Source: Ginkgo biloba
Lineage: Eukaryota; Plantae; Ginkgophyta
Length of the DNA: 27,630 nucleotides
Assembly (NCBI GenBank): GCA_024626585.2
Contig: JANKJI020000004.1
Coordinates: 64,636,909-64,664,538 of the forward strand
Direction: 5' to 3'
The notes beneath the pieces are model-generated. The model ran no database searches. It was not told where the DNA came from and saw nothing but the letters and a program-made list of their open reading frames with translations. Positions 25,317 through 27,630 of this stretch are shown here, one piece after another. The translations under genes were made by a program, and so were the position numbers. How positions within the stretch are numbered: position 1 is the stretch's first letter; the number at the start of each line of letters is the position of its first letter.

Positions 25317-25519
25317 TCAAGTGCTGCTTCTATGCAACAACGATAAATATAAAGACGCATTGGGTTTTGCACTGACCATTTCAAGATCCAAAGATGAGCA
25401 TCGTGGAAAAAAGATCCCACTGGCATTGGTACCGTGTGACTCACTACCTTCTTGTATTAATATCGCCAAGGAGGGCAAAAGAACTGAAAAAACGGTCTTA
25501 ACAACAAAGGGAGAATGCT
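25317..25519 (-). CDS. Putative terminal coding exon of an unknown small gene
   Basis: Acceptor TTGATTGCAG, then an open frame (E)HSPFVVKTVFSVLLPSLAILIQ...HRSST*. Followed by a U/GU-rich 3'UTR-like tract down to ~25020. No homology recognised. Confidence 0.3.
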
Positions 25520-25549
25520 CTGCAATCAAATATCAACCAAAAATGAATA

Positions 25550-26195
25550 AGCCCAATATGCATGGATCACAACAACAGTAGGCCATTATTACCATGCAAG
25601 TATTTTGGCCCATCTTGGATATAGCCATACTTTCTGTTGCCTGCGGAAACATTTCTCAAATAAGCATGCTAACTATAAAGAATATTCATTGCTACAAAGA
25701 AAAAGGGACCAAAAAGAAGAGAAAGCATGGGAAAATTATGCCTATACATTTACAACGTAAGGCAATGCTCCTTAAATATGTTTTCTACCCATGAGGCCCA
25801 TGAATATACTATTCCTTGTGATAACTTAATTGCCAATATGGATCACTAATGGCTCAAATAGGTACTATCCTATATNNNNNNNNNNNNNNNNNNNNNNNNN
25901 NNNNNNNNNNNNNNNNNNNNNNNNNNNNNNNNNNNNNNNNNNNNNNNNNNNNNNNNNNNNNNNNNNNNNNNNNNNACAAATTAACAAACGGGCTCTACCA
26001 ATGAAGGGGAAAATACTCTACAATCAATTTGTAAATAAATATATATACCCTCAATGTACATAGATCTCAACAAAAATAGGCCAAAATTAACATGCAAGTA
26101 ATCTGGCCCATCTTGTATATAGCCATTCTGCGGATACATTATTCAAAGCATGCACTTTAAAACACGCTACCTATGAAGAACATTCTCATCTATAA
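25550..26195. repeat. Diverged ~150-bp direct repeat pair (25550-25700 and 26048-26195)
   Basis: TAGGCCA..ATTA.CATGCAAGTA.T.TGGCCCATCTTG.ATATAGCCAT...CTGCGGA.ACATT occurs in both copies. Confidence 0.88.
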
Positions 26196-26281
26196 CAGCG
26201 CATTCACATACTCTGCAAATTAAAATATATGTGAAAGTCTTCATATGCAAATCTGACGTTGAAATCTCATCCTCGCCATCG

Positions 26282-26752
26282 CATTCTGCCTTCCAGTATG
26301 AAATAGCTTTGAAATGGTTTGGAAACTTAATCTTCCCACATGTAGCCTCAGAAGATGGTAGAAACTAACACTGCTGAACCACAGATTTATTCTCCCTATA
26401 TATAGAGCTCAAAATTTGTAGATCGTGATCCTAAAGAGTATTCTTAACACAATTACATTCGGCCTTGCAAGTCTGAAATAGCATTATAATGCTTTGGAAA
26501 CTAATCTTCCAGCATGTTGCCTCAAATGATGGAAAGGAACTAAACCTAAGATTAAATACTAACTGCTCATCTTACATTCCTCCCCTACAAATTTATTATC
26601 ACCATTCAGAGTTCAAACATTTAGATCATGACACTACAAGCGATTCTTAATTCATTACATTAACATCTCATCTCAAATTCTTGTCCCGCATATTTATTCT
26701 CCCATATATACTGCTCAAAATTCCAGAACATACTCCCCTAAGGATTCTTATT
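26282..26752. repeat. Diverged tandem repeat, ~174-205 bp unit, about 2.4 copies
   Basis: CATTC.GCCTT...TGAAATAGC...TTTGGAAACT(T)AATCTTCC..CATGT.GCCTCA..GATGG at 26282 and 26456. The ATTTATT.TC...TCAAA...ATTCTTA block occurs three times. Confidence 0.85.
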
Positions 26753-26921
26753 ATTTTAAGAATCCATGAACACATCCCTCATGCCCAAACCATCAAACAC
26801 TTCCTGCAGTCATAGGCATTACACTGTCCCATGTATATGACTATGCTCACCATGCAACTTGGTGGGGACCACAAAGTAGGAACACTGTAAAAATAAGATC
26901 AAAATGACAATTGTCCCCTAC

Positions 26922-27041
26922 CTTCTCTGGAAAGTACATGCATCACATGGATTGTTAATTGATCTAGGTGCACATCAGTCTTGACTGATGCAATCACACA
27001 CTTGAAAGAATGAATGGAGTCAGTTGAGTCCTGCATCATAC
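26922..27041 (-). CDS. Putative 120-nt exon of the same unknown gene
   Basis: TTTTGCAG|GT ATG ATG...GAA G|GTAGGG encodes MMQDSTDSIHSFKCVIASVKTDVHLDQLTIHVMHVLSRE. Its phase-1 end is compatible with the 25519 exon. Confidence 0.3.
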
Positions 27042-27630
27042 CTGCAAAATTGCATATATCAACTTCTAAGAAGAGCAGACTTCAAATGAACAAGATGTTT
27101 CAATTCCAAATGCATTTTGTCAATAAAATGGGCAAATGCATGGTGATTGTTAAATGAAGAAAATAGATGTTTTTTGTGGTGTTGGAGGAGCCAACAATCT
27201 CGTTGGAAGATGTGTGTAACGCTAGAAGAAGACCTAGAAGAAGAAAGATGGAGGAAACTCGAATTGAATAAAAAATGAGCTGCGACCTGGAAAAAGATGA
27301 CACAACAAGAGAAAATGCGTAGGTTGCATAGCAATAAAATCTTTTTATTTTAATTTTTTTTTTTTTTCTTAAAGTTAGGAAAAATTAAACTAAATTGGAT
27401 AATATTTGGAGTCTGGCCCTCAAGGGTTTATTTTTTTTTTTAAATTTGCCTACGATTTGAAGACAAGTTTATTTTTTGAGGAGAAATTTTCAAAATTGAT
27501 GGTTTAGAAAGTTGGACAACAAGCTAACTTTTGCACAGGAGGTCATAAGTTCAAAATTGTTGAAGGATTTTTTATTTTCAAGGAAAAAAATATGAGGTCA
27601 TATGAGCGACCATGGCTAAGGACGAAAAAG

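Noticed and set aside
25321-25581. Plus-strand 86-aa ORF overlapping the putative exon
   Set aside because: Non-ATG start and no recognisable domain. Splice and UTR signals favour the minus strand.
26333-26405. TCCCACAT plus TATATATA resembling a plant snRNA USE/TATA promoter (also CTCCCACAT at ~25077)
   Set aside because: Imperfect USE. The spacing of over 50 bp is too long for either the Pol II or the Pol III arrangement, and no recognisable snRNA lies downstream.
27340-27630. Possible DNA-transposon terminal region (T-tracts, GAGGTCATA twice)
   Set aside because: No partner TIR or TSD visible, and the window ends here.

Overview
AT-rich eukaryotic DNA with many N blocks, very likely from a large-genome plant. 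A gymnosperm-like host is an inference from the retrotransposon types and LTR style. About 25 kb is a nested graveyard of decayed LTR retrotransposons with no intact ORF. Element 1 is a minus-strand Tat-type Ty3/Gypsy element (~1.6-8.5 kb) with a probable extra RNase H upstream of RT. Element 2 is a chromovirus-type LTR-gag-protease fragment (10.6-12.5 kb). Element 3 is a CRM-like pol with a duplicated tRNA-Met PBS (20.4-23.9 kb). There are also plus-strand gag and RH-INT fragments and several solo or partial LTRs. The last ~2.3 kb (25.0-27.3 kb) is different: it keeps CpGs, lacks TE motifs, and can be spliced into a 106-aa minus-strand ORF of unknown family whose intron holds diverged tandem repeats. 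A perfect 25-bp fold-back sits exactly at a gag breakpoint. All long ORFs in the supplied track are artefacts of N runs. No prokaryotic system, CRISPR array or RNA gene is supported, and I cannot claim a demonstrably novel system. All domain calls come from manual translation and motif recognition, not database searches.
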